Part shown: piece after piece, positions 36,543 through 46,316 of the stretch
How the letters are laid out: every line of letters begins with the position of its first letter
Position numbering within the stretch: the first letter of the stretch is position 1
From: an uncultured Aminicenantes bacterium
Lineage (GTDB): Bacteria > Acidobacteriota > Aminicenantia > UBA2199
Assembly: GCA_965195285.1 (NCBI GenBank)
Contig: CBDAFS010000021.1
Coordinates: 17,539 to 81,538 of the forward strand
Direction: 5' to 3'
Length of the DNA stretch: 64,000 bases
Position numbers and translations under genes: made by a program
Notes under the pieces: generated by a model
Databases searched by the model: none
Told to the model about the DNA's origin: nothing
What the model saw: the letters and a program-made list of their open reading frames with translations, nothing else

Positions 36543-37541
36543 CTAAACCTCTTTTATAACGACATGAATTTCAAATTCACCCATTTGGTTTTCACCTACC
36601 CACCTCAGGGTATCATCGGTTTTCAAGAGAAGGGGTATTTCGTTGATCTCCTCAAATACTGGTTTATCCATCCGGGGTTCCAGTAACCATTTCCCCCCGA
36701 TAAAGGGAGTGATTCGGATATGGTCTTTGGAAATTCCGCTATTCCTCAACTCTTCTTCCTCAAGTCCGAAAAGTTCAGCCACAAAGTCCCTGCCCACCGT
36801 AGTGGACTCTAATATTTCCGCAGAATCATGCTCTGATTTCAGGTTTTTTATCTTGATCCGGGGAATACCGGCTAAAAAGTGATGCACCTGCTTTTCTCCA
36901 GGTCCGCGTAAAACGGTTTTATCGGATTTCATCACAGTTTGATCTTCATTTTTCCCTCTTAAATCACCCAGAACCTGAAATCGGACCGCACCCAGATAAA
37001 ATTCCCTGCCACTTTCCACCATAAAGGTATGGGGACATTTCCTGAACAGGGTTGAACTGGATCCGATATCTGCCTTCTTAACCAGAATCTGATGCCCATC
37101 CAGCGAGGGGTAAACAAAAAATGCATAATCCTGCCAGCAGCCATAACCGATAAAAAAAGGAGATAATCCGTTCAATGACAGCCGGGTTTCAGTATAATCA
37201 TCTGCGGGCTTGACCTTCCAATACAGGCAGAGCTGAAGACGATCGGGCTGCTCTGTTCTTCCCGGAATATCCTCGGCAACACCCTGAAGGGGATGCTTAC
37301 AGATCTTGCAGAATTTGAAATCCATTGAATTTTCGGTTCCACATTTGGGGCATGCAATTAAATCCAGGTCCTGAGATTCAGTATCCTGAGGATGGGAATG
37401 AAGGGTTTCACCCTTTTCAACCTGGGTACCGGACATTTTTTTCCCCCATTCAAAACCACAAACCGAACAAACCGACGAATTATCCCTTACAAATGAATTA
37501 CATCTGGAACATTTTTTTCCCTGCATGGTTTTTTCAGTCAT
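36543..37541 (-). CDS. Double zinc-ribbon protein with FHA-like domains
   Basis: CSRC..CSVC and CPKC..CKIC; FHA-like TVGRD..ISKDH and FYLGAVRFQV segments. Confidence 0.7.
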   Translation of the reverse strand: MTEKTMQGKKCSRCNSFVRDNSSVCSVCGFEWGKKMSGTQVEKGETLHSHPQDTESQDLDLIACPKCGTENSMDFKFCKICKHPLQGVAEDIPGRTEQPDRLQLCLYWKVKPADDYTETRLSLNGLSPFFIGYGCWQDYAFFVYPSLDGHQILVKKADIGSSSTLFRKCPHTFMVESGREFYLGAVRFQVLGDLRGKNEDQTVMKSDKTVLRGPGEKQVHHFLAGIPRIKIKNLKSEHDSAEILESTTVGRDFVAELFGLEEEELRNSGISKDHIRITPFIGGKWLLEPRMDKPVFEEINEIPLLLKTDDTLRWVGENQMGEFEIHVVIKEV

Positions 37542-37576
37542 GATATTGTGATTCCCTTCTCTTTATAGAAAAAATT

Positions 37577-37605
37577 ATTATAACCCAATTAAATCCGATT
37601 ATCAA
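37577..37605 (-). promoter_or_regulatory. Putative strong sigma70 promoter heading the kinase cluster
   Basis: Minus strand TTGATA-17 nt-TATAAT. Confidence 0.65.
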
Positions 37606-37667
37606 TTACATCCCGGGAAGATAATCCGAATTTCTGTTCGGGGATTCAAATGATCGGTATCCAGACC

Positions 37668-37696
37668 TTGTAAAAAAAAATAAAAAAAGATAAAAT
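37668..37696 (+). promoter_or_regulatory. Putative sigma70 promoter for plsC-ampG
   Basis: TTGTAA-17 nt-TAAAAT. Confidence 0.5.
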
Positions 37697-37714
37697 CCGA
37701 ACACAGGAGAAAGT

Positions 37715-38512
37715 GTGAGCGAAAACTATTTTACCCATGATCAGTATGACACCCCGGCGGATACTCCCCGGGCATTGGGTGACCGCATGCTACTGGGTTC
37801 TCGTTTGTGGTTTCATTTAAATTTCCTGAAAATTATATTCAGGAGCCGGTCTTATGCCATAAAAGGAATTTACGACGATAATCTATGGACCAGGACTTCT
37901 TTCGATGTTTTTAAAATCATTGAGCGGGTCGGAGGCCGTTTTCACCTGAGAGGCATTAACAACCTGCGCAACATCCGGAAACCGGTGGTTTTTATCAGCA
38001 ACCATATGAGCACCCTGGAAACACTTGTATTTCCCTGCATCATTGCTCCCTTCAAACCTCTTACCTTTGTGGTCAAGGAAGCACTGGTCAAGGCCAAGAT
38101 GTTCGGCCCAATCATGAGATCCCGGAACCCGATAGTGGTGGGACGAGCAGATCCTAGGCGTGATTTACAAGCGGTTCTAACCAAAGGGCGTAAATTGCTT
38201 GAGGCCGGGTATTCTATAATGATTTTTCCCCAGAGCACCCGCCATGTTCATTTTGTTCCTCAAAAATTCAACAGCCTGGGAGTCAAACTGGCCCTGAAGG
38301 CCGGGGTCAGGGCTTTGCCCGTGGCCATCAAGACCGATTTCTGGGGAAACGGCAAACGCATCAAAGACCTGGGACCCATAGACCGTAAAAAACCCATCCA
38401 CATGGTTTTTGGCGAACCCATGACCATTACCGGAAATGGCAGTGAACAGCACAACAAAATCATCGATTTTATTCAAAATAATCTTAATAAATGGTCAAAA
38501 GAAACAATATAA
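37715..38512 (+). CDS. plsC: Lysophospholipid acyltransferase (PlsC family)
   Basis: SNHMSTLE, FVVKE.L, IFPQSTR and PVAI. Confidence 0.8.
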   Translation: MSENYFTHDQYDTPADTPRALGDRMLLGSRLWFHLNFLKIIFRSRSYAIKGIYDDNLWTRTSFDVFKIIERVGGRFHLRGINNLRNIRKPVVFISNHMSTLETLVFPCIIAPFKPLTFVVKEALVKAKMFGPIMRSRNPIVVGRADPRRDLQAVLTKGRKLLEAGYSIMIFPQSTRHVHFVPQKFNSLGVKLALKAGVRALPVAIKTDFWGNGKRIKDLGPIDRKKPIHMVFGEPMTITGNGSEQHNKIIDFIQNNLNKWSKETI

Positions 38513-38524
38513 ATATTCGTTTTC

Positions 38525-40027
38525 ATGTCAAAGCGTAAACATACCAACGACTATATCTGGACCTTCACCACCTATTTTACCGAAGGATTCCCCTTCGTGA
38601 TCATCCGCACCGTGTCATCGGTTTTTTTCCGGGACATGAAGGTTTCATTAGAGGCTATCGGGCTGACCCCGCTGTTTGGCCTGCCCTGGATTTTGAAATT
38701 CCTGTGGGGGCCCCAGGTTGATGAATATAGCACCAAAAGACGCTGGTTGCTGGCCATGCAATCCCTGTTGCTGATCATGATGGTGGTGGCAGCGGTTTTC
38801 GCCCCCTTGAAATCAAACGTGCAATTGATTGCCATCCTATTCTTTATCGGCTCCTTCTTTGCGGCCACCCATGATATCGCTATCGACGGTTATTACATGG
38901 AAGCCCTGGATAAGACCGGACAGGCCAAATTTGTAGGTTACCGGGTCATGGCTTACCGGATCGCCATGATGACCGGAACCGGTATCATCATAAGCATTGG
39001 CACCAATTATAACTGGTCCCTGGCATTCCTGATCGCAGCTGTCATATTCGGAAGTTTCTTTTTTTATCACCTTCTGTTTTTAGCAAAAGTCGAAACCAAA
39101 AAGAAGGATTTCAAAAATCTGTTTTTAAAAGGATTGAAACCCAAGACCCTGGCCATTCTTTTATCTCTTATTGCCATTATTCTGGGCATTCGCTATTTTT
39201 TTCAATCTCCATTATTCGACCGTCTGAAACAGCTATTTCCGGTTTTAAAAAAAATCTATTTTTCACACTGGATCGCGATTCTTCTGCTCCTTTCCCTGAT
39301 TTCGGTTGGACTACTGAGAAATAAAATCAAATCGCTGATCCTAAAAGATCCCGATTCCTATTACACCAGGGCCTTTGTCTATTTCATGGACCGGGACAGA
39401 ATTTCAGTTATTCTGGCCTTCATCATCCTGCTCCGGGCCGGTGAATGGGCCCTGACCACCATGGTGGCTCCGTTTATGGTTGATGTAGGCATAAAAGTCC
39501 ATTACGGCTGGATTTCCGGCCTGGTTGGATTGCCAACCACCATTCTGGGGGCTTTGCTGGGTGGCTGGATGATCTCCCGGTTCGGTCTCAAGAAAATGAT
39601 ATTCCCATTTTTGCTGGCCCAGAATTTAACCAATATTATTTATATGATCCTGGCCCTGCACCTGTCGGATTTCATTCGCTTGAATACAGGAGTTGACACC
39701 CCGGTGGGCATTGGCATGGCCAACCTGATCCTGGTGGGAACCGTACATGGATTTGATCAGTTTGCCAGCGGGCTGGGCAATGCCGTGTTGATGACTTTTT
39801 TAATGCGAATTTGCCATCCACAGTTTAAAGCCGCCCATTATGCCATCGGTTCCGGACTCATGAATGTCAGTTCCATTTTTGCCGGGGTCATGAGCGGGTT
39901 TATTGCCGGCTGGCTGGGTTATGCCTGGTTATTCGGACTCAGTTTTCTTATTTCCATCCCGGCCATGACCCTCCTTCCCTTTTTGCCTTACCTTGAAAAC
40001 AATCCGAACCACACGAGTACTGCTTGA
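38525..40027 (+). CDS. ampG: AmpG-like MFS muropeptide permease
   Basis: YF.EGFP, LPWILKFLWGP.VD, ATHDIAIDG and KAAHYAI. Confidence 0.8.
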   Translation: MSKRKHTNDYIWTFTTYFTEGFPFVIIRTVSSVFFRDMKVSLEAIGLTPLFGLPWILKFLWGPQVDEYSTKRRWLLAMQSLLLIMMVVAAVFAPLKSNVQLIAILFFIGSFFAATHDIAIDGYYMEALDKTGQAKFVGYRVMAYRIAMMTGTGIIISIGTNYNWSLAFLIAAVIFGSFFFYHLLFLAKVETKKKDFKNLFLKGLKPKTLAILLSLIAIILGIRYFFQSPLFDRLKQLFPVLKKIYFSHWIAILLLLSLISVGLLRNKIKSLILKDPDSYYTRAFVYFMDRDRISVILAFIILLRAGEWALTTMVAPFMVDVGIKVHYGWISGLVGLPTTILGALLGGWMISRFGLKKMIFPFLLAQNLTNIIYMILALHLSDFIRLNTGVDTPVGIGMANLILVGTVHGFDQFASGLGNAVLMTFLMRICHPQFKAAHYAIGSGLMNVSSIFAGVMSGFIAGWLGYAWLFGLSFLISIPAMTLLPFLPYLENNPNHTSTA

Positions 40028-40049
40028 AGGCTATTTAAACCACGAATAT

Positions 40050-41105
40050 TCAGTATTCAGGCCTAAAAGAAAATTCCATCAGTATGGGTCGATGGTCCGA
40101 ACTGTCAAGCTTCAATACCTCGGCCTTGATACAACTGATCTTCCGATGATCGTAAAAAATGTAATCCAGTTTACGACTGGGTTTATCAGAGGGAAATGTA
40201 AAGGTCTTCGATTCGGACAGATGGAATTCGGAATCCAGAAACGCTTCCTTCAAACTTTCCTCCTCCAAAAAAAGCGAGATAATATTTCGGCCTTCAAAAT
40301 CCATGTCCGGTTCATCGACAAAACCGGATTTTTTACTGGCCCGGGGCGGAACACAATTAAAATCACCGATCAACAATACCGGATAGCGGTCTCTCACCGA
40401 ACGGTATATTTTCAATACCTCACCGGCCTGCTTCTCCCGTGTTTCCTTTTCATAGGCTTCCAGATGGATATTCATGATCAACAGCTGGCGTCCGTTTATC
40501 TCAATCCGGACCATCTGAACCAGGCGGTCAAGGTAAAATGCCCGGTAGTAAAACGGTTTATGTTTAATCGGCTGGAGTTCAATTCGTCGGGCCATTCCGA
40601 TGGGATACCGGCTCAATACGGCCTGCCCGGAAATGACTTTTCTAAAATGAACCGAGGGGGGCCAGTAGGGAAAGGGAACATATTTTATGTCCCAGTTAAT
40701 GGCTTTGGCTGCAAACCGGTATCCGCTATGCAGGGCTATCTGGTCCAGTTGATTGAAAAAATAAGACCGATAGGATCCATAGTCAATCTCCTGAAAACCG
40801 ATAAAATCCGGTTGAATTTTTCTGAGCATGTGCTCGAACTTCCGGGCATTGTCCTGAAAAAAGGCAATATCCGCCTTGGTCAGTTGGTTGTTCAGCATTC
40901 CAGAGAGATAACCGATATTATAGGCCATTACTTTGAAATTGCTTTTGGATTTGAGCGGACGGGGAAAAAGGGAATTTGAATAGACCTTAATCTCAGATAA
41001 ACGATCGGCTGGAATCGATCCTGAGCTGGCCCAGAAGAAAAAAAATACCGAAAAGATCAGCGCAATTCCCAGGATGATCAACAGCGAAAGCAATGCGATT
41101 TTCAT
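40050..41105 (-). CDS. Endonuclease/exonuclease/phosphatase family protein, membrane anchored
   Basis: YNIGY, FQEID, NIHLEA, GDFN, LDYIF and SDHRP. Confidence 0.88.
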   Translation of the reverse strand: MKIALLSLLIILGIALIFSVFFFFWASSGSIPADRLSEIKVYSNSLFPRPLKSKSNFKVMAYNIGYLSGMLNNQLTKADIAFFQDNARKFEHMLRKIQPDFIGFQEIDYGSYRSYFFNQLDQIALHSGYRFAAKAINWDIKYVPFPYWPPSVHFRKVISGQAVLSRYPIGMARRIELQPIKHKPFYYRAFYLDRLVQMVRIEINGRQLLIMNIHLEAYEKETREKQAGEVLKIYRSVRDRYPVLLIGDFNCVPPRASKKSGFVDEPDMDFEGRNIISLFLEEESLKEAFLDSEFHLSESKTFTFPSDKPSRKLDYIFYDHRKISCIKAEVLKLDSSDHRPILMEFSFRPEY

Positions 41106-41141
41106 GCCCCTCACTCTACCATTATCATTTTTAGTCCGGCC

Positions 41142-43223
41142 TCAGGAAGTCCTTTTCCTTTCCCTCTCTTCCTCAATCACCTTTTCTTCAATGGCTTTGG
41201 GCAAGGGCTGGTAATTGAAAAATTCCATGGAAAAGTTGGCCCGACCGCTGGACACTGTTCTCAATACCGAGGCATAACCGAACATCTCTTTCAGGGGAAC
41301 TCGACCCGACAATTTTTTAGATCCCTTGCGGTAGCGACGCATGTTGCCGATTTTCCCCCTTCTGCGATTGATATCGGCAATGATTTCACCCATGAATTCA
41401 TCGGGAGTGTTAATTTCGATCTTCATAATAGGCTCCAGTAACTGGGGATGGGTTTTTTTAATGGCCTCCTTGATGCCCAATTTGGTGCAGGCGCGGAAAG
41501 CCATTTCACTGGAATCCACCGAATGAAAGCTGCCATCAATCAGCACAAAATGGACATCAATCATGGGAAATCCCGCCAATAATCCTCTGGTCATAGTATC
41601 TTCAAATCCTTTTTTTACACCCGGTATGAATTCACTGGGTATATTGCCACCTTTAATATGACTGGAAAACTCCAGACCTTTATCTGGATTGGGTTCTATC
41701 CTGAAATCGATATGAGCGAATTGCCCTTTACCACCTGTTTGTTTTTTATAGCGGTATTCATGCCTGGTTTCGGCAGTTATGGTTTCCCGAAAGGCAACAG
41801 CTGGTTTCCCGACCTGGATTCCCAGATGGTGTTCGGTTTTCAATCTGTCCACCACCACTTCCAGATGGAGTTCTCCCATACCCGAGATAACGGTTTCACT
41901 GGTTTCCGAATCAAACCGCACCTTGAATGAGGGATCTTCCAAAGACATCTTGCTCAGGGCCAGAGACATCTTATCCCTGTCCTTCAGGCTTTCCGGCTCA
42001 ACCTTCATGTCCAGAACGGTTTCCGGATATTGAATGTTTTCCAGAAAAATCGGATGTTTCTCATCACACAGCGTATCACCGGTTGAGGTCACCTTCATTC
42101 CGATCAGAGCCCCGATATCACCGGCAGTCAACGATTTAACTTCCTTGCGTTCATTGGCATGAACCCGTAATATCCGGCCTACCCTTTCTTTTTTCCGTCT
42201 GGTCGAGTTGAAGATATAACTTCCGGCAGCCAATTCTCCTGAATAAACCCGGATAAAGGTCTGTTGACCCACATAGCTGTCATTGATGATCTTGAAGGCC
42301 AGAGCAGAAAAAGGCTGTTTCACTGACGGTTTTCGGGATATGGTGGTTTCCGGATGCTCGGTATCATAGCCGATCACAATCCCCCGGTCCAGCGGCGAGG
42401 GCAGATAGTCAACCACAGCACCCATCAGGAGTTGAATCCCCTTATTTTTAAAAGCCGAGCCGATAAAAACCGGGGTAATTAACAGTTTAAGAGTGGCATT
42501 CCTGGCTGCCCGGATGATATCATTTTCAGATATCTCCTCATCATTCAAATACTTTTCCATCATGGTATCATCAAAATCGGCCAGTTTTTCAACCAGTTGC
42601 TTCCGGTACTCTTCAGCTTCCGCTCTCAGGTCTTCCGGAATTTCATCGATATTCAAATCCAGTTTCTGGTAGGTGATGGCTTTCATGGCAACCAGGTCAA
42701 CAATTCCTTTGAAATTTTCTTCCCTGCCCATAGGAATCTGAAATAGAACCGCATTAGCCCCTAACATCTCATTCATCAAATCACAGGTTTGAAACACATC
42801 TGCACCCTGACGGTCCAGTTTGTTGATGAAGGCTATGCGGGGAACCTTGTAGCGGTCAGCCTGATGCCATACGGTTTCGCTCTGGGGTTCCACTCCTCCC
42901 ACCCCGCAAAAAACCATCACAATGCCATCCAGAACCCGCAATGACCTTTCCACTTCCAGAGTAAAATCAATGTGTCCGGGGGTATCAATAATGTTTATCT
43001 GATGATCTTTCCAGTTGGTCGTAATGGCTGCCGAAGAGATGGTAATGCCACGTTCCTGTTCCTGCTTCATAAAATCCATTACCGCCTGGCCATTATGGAC
43101 TTCTCCCATTTTTCGGGTCACCCCTGAATAAAACAACATGCGTTCGGTGGTGGTGGTTTTCCCGGCATCAATATGGGCCACAATGCCCATATTTCTGATT
43201 TTTTGAATCGCTATCGTATCCAT
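41142..43223 (-). CDS. fusA: Elongation factor G (copy outside the str operon)
   Basis: [33 protein letters not shown] and HSVDSSE. Start placed at ATG 43223 by GGAG spacing. Confidence 0.95.
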   Translation of the reverse strand: MDTIAIQKIRNMGIVAHIDAGKTTTTERMLFYSGVTRKMGEVHNGQAVMDFMKQEQERGITISSAAITTNWKDHQINIIDTPGHIDFTLEVERSLRVLDGIVMVFCGVGGVEPQSETVWHQADRYKVPRIAFINKLDRQGADVFQTCDLMNEMLGANAVLFQIPMGREENFKGIVDLVAMKAITYQKLDLNIDEIPEDLRAEAEEYRKQLVEKLADFDDTMMEKYLNDEEISENDIIRAARNATLKLLITPVFIGSAFKNKGIQLLMGAVVDYLPSPLDRGIVIGYDTEHPETTISRKPSVKQPFSALAFKIINDSYVGQQTFIRVYSGELAAGSYIFNSTRRKKERVGRILRVHANERKEVKSLTAGDIGALIGMKVTSTGDTLCDEKHPIFLENIQYPETVLDMKVEPESLKDRDKMSLALSKMSLEDPSFKVRFDSETSETVISGMGELHLEVVVDRLKTEHHLGIQVGKPAVAFRETITAETRHEYRYKKQTGGKGQFAHIDFRIEPNPDKGLEFSSHIKGGNIPSEFIPGVKKGFEDTMTRGLLAGFPMIDVHFVLIDGSFHSVDSSEMAFRACTKLGIKEAIKKTHPQLLEPIMKIEINTPDEFMGEIIADINRRRGKIGNMRRYRKGSKKLSGRVPLKEMFGYASVLRTVSSGRANFSMEFFNYQPLPKAIEEKVIEEERERKRTS

Positions 43224-43252
43224 TTCATGTCTCCACAAATTACAACCGGGAA

Positions 43253-43282
43253 ATTATATCACAATCAGGCCGGGTGTAGCAA
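43253..43282 (-). promoter_or_regulatory. Putative sigma70 promoter for fusA
   Basis: Minus strand TTGCTA-18 nt-TATAAT with extended TGn. Confidence 0.5.
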
Positions 43283-43317
43283 TAGGCGGGGAAAAAGTTT
43301 AACCGGAAACCAACTAT

Positions 43318-44385
43318 TCAGGACAACAATCTAACCCTGTTCAAAACATACTCCAGATCTTCTGTTTTCAGGATTTTTCGAAAGAAATCACTCTTATCCA
43401 ATCGCTTGGCTGGGTGTTCATTCAATTCCAGATTCTTTTGTTGAACCCGCTGATCAAACCAGTATACCAGACTGATTTTCCCTTCGGAGATTTCAATGGC
43501 AGTCAGCCCCCTTTTGCCGATTACACTGCCGGAATTGAAAACACAGGGAACCAGGGGTTCAGAATCATAAAGGCTGTAGGTTTCACCCTGCCTGGGTCTT
43601 TTTCCCATTCTCAGCAACAAATGAAGGTTCTCTTTTAAGGTCAGGATTTTCTGTTCCAGTTTCAGTTTATTTTCAGGGGCTGTGGTGGGGTACTGATAGC
43701 AAAGACTTTCGATTCTAAATTTCAGACTGTCCACTTTAGATAATGATTCGAATAATGGACGATGAGTATGGCCCATGAGAGCAATGATTTTTTTTTGCCT
43801 GGCATAGTAATAAACCCGCTTCTCTATCCGGTATTTTTTATGGTTATCATAGGCCACTGTATAATTCTTGATTCTCAATGGATTGGCTAATAAACGCAGG
43901 ACAATTGTACTGATCATATGAAATATATCCGGATAGAGATGGGCCTGATGGCCGTGAAACAAAAGCATTTTGTACCGGTTATAACCGATCACCAACCCTT
44001 CATGGACCGGGATATTGCCGGGTAAACGATGACGAAAGCGAAGTTGATAGTCATGATTTCCATATATTTTGATCAGGCGGTTATCCCTTAAAAAATCGGC
44101 AAAAATTTTATAAATATTTCCCCATCTGTTTGTAATTTTCTTCAAGGGATATCGCTGAATCTCTTCAATATCTCCGTTTAAAATCAGGGTATATTTGTAT
44201 TTCCGGTAATACTGGTCAAGGATTTGGATCATTAATTGACTGTTTTTTTCAAAATCATCAAGTTTTCCACCGTCCCCCATATGAAAATCACTCAATATGA
44301 CCAGTTTATCACGGTCTGAAATTTCAATCTTCCTGGCATTTCCTACCAGATCATCCAGCCGATTGAAAATCCGTTTGGTATTCAT
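43318..44385 (-). CDS. Calcineurin-like metallophosphoesterase
   Basis: SDFH, NGD, GNHD, FHGH and GHTH. Confidence 0.85.
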   Translation of the reverse strand: MNTKRIFNRLDDLVGNARKIEISDRDKLVILSDFHMGDGGKLDDFEKNSQLMIQILDQYYRKYKYTLILNGDIEEIQRYPLKKITNRWGNIYKIFADFLRDNRLIKIYGNHDYQLRFRHRLPGNIPVHEGLVIGYNRYKMLLFHGHQAHLYPDIFHMISTIVLRLLANPLRIKNYTVAYDNHKKYRIEKRVYYYARQKKIIALMGHTHRPLFESLSKVDSLKFRIESLCYQYPTTAPENKLKLEQKILTLKENLHLLLRMGKRPRQGETYSLYDSEPLVPCVFNSGSVIGKRGLTAIEISEGKISLVYWFDQRVQQKNLELNEHPAKRLDKSDFFRKILKTEDLEYVLNRVRLLS

Positions 44386-44414
44386 TTGACCTGTATGGTT
44401 ATATAGAAATCTGC

Positions 44415-46232
44415 TTATTTACGATTCTTTTTCGGAATCACCCAGAGCTGCTGGCCCGGGTAAATCTTGGAACGTGAACGAAGCCCGTTAATACGCAGCA
44501 ATGTCCTAAGATCCATTCCGTATTTAACCGCAATCGAATACGGCGTGTCTCCGGATTGTACCGTATAGGATATCGCCCCTTCCATTTTTAGGGGCTGTAT
44601 CACTAATTTTTGGCCCACTTTGATGATGTTGTTCTGGAGATTGTTGAGTTCTTTTATCCGCTTTATGGTCGTATTGAAGGCCCTTGCAATCACCTGTATG
44701 GAATCGCCACGTTTTACTACATAAACCAGTTTCTCCCCTTCTTTGATCAATCTTAATTCCCGGGGAGGGGTATATCCTCTGGATTTTCTATAAGTGGGAA
44801 TCTTCAGCCTTTGCCCTGCCCGGATAAGATAATTTCTTCTTAAACGATTCAGCCGTGAAATGGCGGATACCGATGTCCTGTACCGTCTGGCAATACCAGA
44901 GACTGTCTCTCCGCGGCGAACATGATGAACCACATAGGTCGCTTCAGGTGGAATCCATTTTGATAGAGAATTGAATGCTGTCAGGGCCTGGTCCCGGTAT
45001 CCGGCCGGAACCTTGAGATTGTATTCAGCACCCGGAGTGGCCTGATGACGCAGCTCAGGATTCAGAAAAGAAAGGGTGTTGGTCTGCAATTTCAATAATG
45101 TGGACAGGGAAGACAGCTTGACCGGGCGGTTGACCTGAATTGTTTCAAATTCAACCGGTGGATCAGGCTGAGGTAATGTAAAACCATATTTATCCGGATT
45201 TTTAATAATTAAAAGGGTAGCAATGAAGCGGGGAACAAAACGAGCGGTTTCCCGGGGAAGCATGACAAAAAGATCCCAGAAATTATCCAGATAATTAATC
45301 CGCTGGGCCCGTATGAGTCTCTGAACCCTGAATTCCCCGCAATTATAAGAAGCCAGAACCGTGGTCCAATCTCCAAATATGGAATGAAGTTCTTTTAGAT
45401 ACTTGGTGGCGGCATCTGTGGCTTTTTCCGGATCCATTCTTTCATCGATCCAGCGGTTTCTTTTCAAACCGAAACGGTAGCCCGTGGATGAAATGAATTG
45501 CCAGAGTCCCAGAGCGCGGGCACGGGAATAGGCTTTGACCTTGAATCCGCTTTCGATTACAGGAATCCAGGAAAGCTCATCGGGCATACCGGCCTGCCTC
45601 ATTTTCTTCCGGATCATTTCCATATACATACCGGAACGCCGGTAAGCATCCATGAAATACTGTCTTTCCTTGGTCTGGAAGCGGGTGATTTCAGCCAGAA
45701 CATACTTGTTTTCCGTAAGCGGTATTTCCCGGTGATTGGTACCCACGGCAATCAGATGAGAGGCATAGATTTCCTGTATCCTCTGGGCAATTAACAGCCT
45801 GAGATCATTCTTTTCCTGAAGTTGGGGAGAATCAGCATCCAGATCCAGTTTTAATAAAAGGCTATAGGCTTCATCCAATGCAGCCAGAGCCGTATCAATA
45901 TCGGCTTTTTCCCAGGCTGTCTGGGCATCCTGATAGGCATCCAGTGCCTCTTCAAGGGTTTCAGAGGGAGAGTTCTTGTCTGCTGGCTTATTAATATCAG
46001 AAGTGGATTCTTTTAACTGATCCGGATTCTGTTCCTGATTTTCATCCATCACTTCTCTGCTTTTCAGAGTATCCTGAACAGTGCTGGTATCTTCTACTTT
46101 AGGAGATTCAGGATTAGCAGGCTCAACGGAAACCTTTTTGTCTGCACTGCAAGCTGAGAGCAGAATCAGGAATACCGCAATAACGAGTGAAATTAATACC
46201 GGTTTTTTTTGTTTCATATCATTAAATATCAT
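44415..46232 (-). CDS. mltD: Lipoprotein lytic transglycosylase with LysM repeats
   Basis: Lipobox LSAC; SLT motifs IESGF, GLWQF, SYNCG and ETARFV; three C-terminal LysM domains. Confidence 0.9.
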   Translation of the reverse strand: MIFNDMKQKKPVLISLVIAVFLILLSACSADKKVSVEPANPESPKVEDTSTVQDTLKSREVMDENQEQNPDQLKESTSDINKPADKNSPSETLEEALDAYQDAQTAWEKADIDTALAALDEAYSLLLKLDLDADSPQLQEKNDLRLLIAQRIQEIYASHLIAVGTNHREIPLTENKYVLAEITRFQTKERQYFMDAYRRSGMYMEMIRKKMRQAGMPDELSWIPVIESGFKVKAYSRARALGLWQFISSTGYRFGLKRNRWIDERMDPEKATDAATKYLKELHSIFGDWTTVLASYNCGEFRVQRLIRAQRINYLDNFWDLFVMLPRETARFVPRFIATLLIIKNPDKYGFTLPQPDPPVEFETIQVNRPVKLSSLSTLLKLQTNTLSFLNPELRHQATPGAEYNLKVPAGYRDQALTAFNSLSKWIPPEATYVVHHVRRGETVSGIARRYRTSVSAISRLNRLRRNYLIRAGQRLKIPTYRKSRGYTPPRELRLIKEGEKLVYVVKRGDSIQVIARAFNTTIKRIKELNNLQNNIIKVGQKLVIQPLKMEGAISYTVQSGDTPYSIAVKYGMDLRTLLRINGLRSRSKIYPGQQLWVIPKKNRK

Positions 46233-46316
46233 GTCATCGGTTCGGAGTCAAATACATTGGTCATTATACCAGGCCCTGGCATTCTGCGGAGAGCCTCAAT
46301 CGGTAGCAATAACATA

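Noticed and set aside
15531-37541. Cluster as a tRNA-Ser-integrated island or prophage
   Set aside because: The cluster lies on the 5' side of the tRNA. I saw no integrase, no att duplication of the tRNA 3' end and no phage genes, and composition resembles the core genes.
30544-37541. Type VI secretion regulatory module (PpkA/PppA/Fha) or ter-associated kinase/vWA defence locus
   Set aside because: No tss, hcp, vgrG, clpV, vWA or ter genes are present; the linked genes are envelope and glycan related.
39993-40979. 328-aa + strand ORF
   Set aside because: It is antisense shadow of the well-supported EEP-family gene and has no recognisable motifs.
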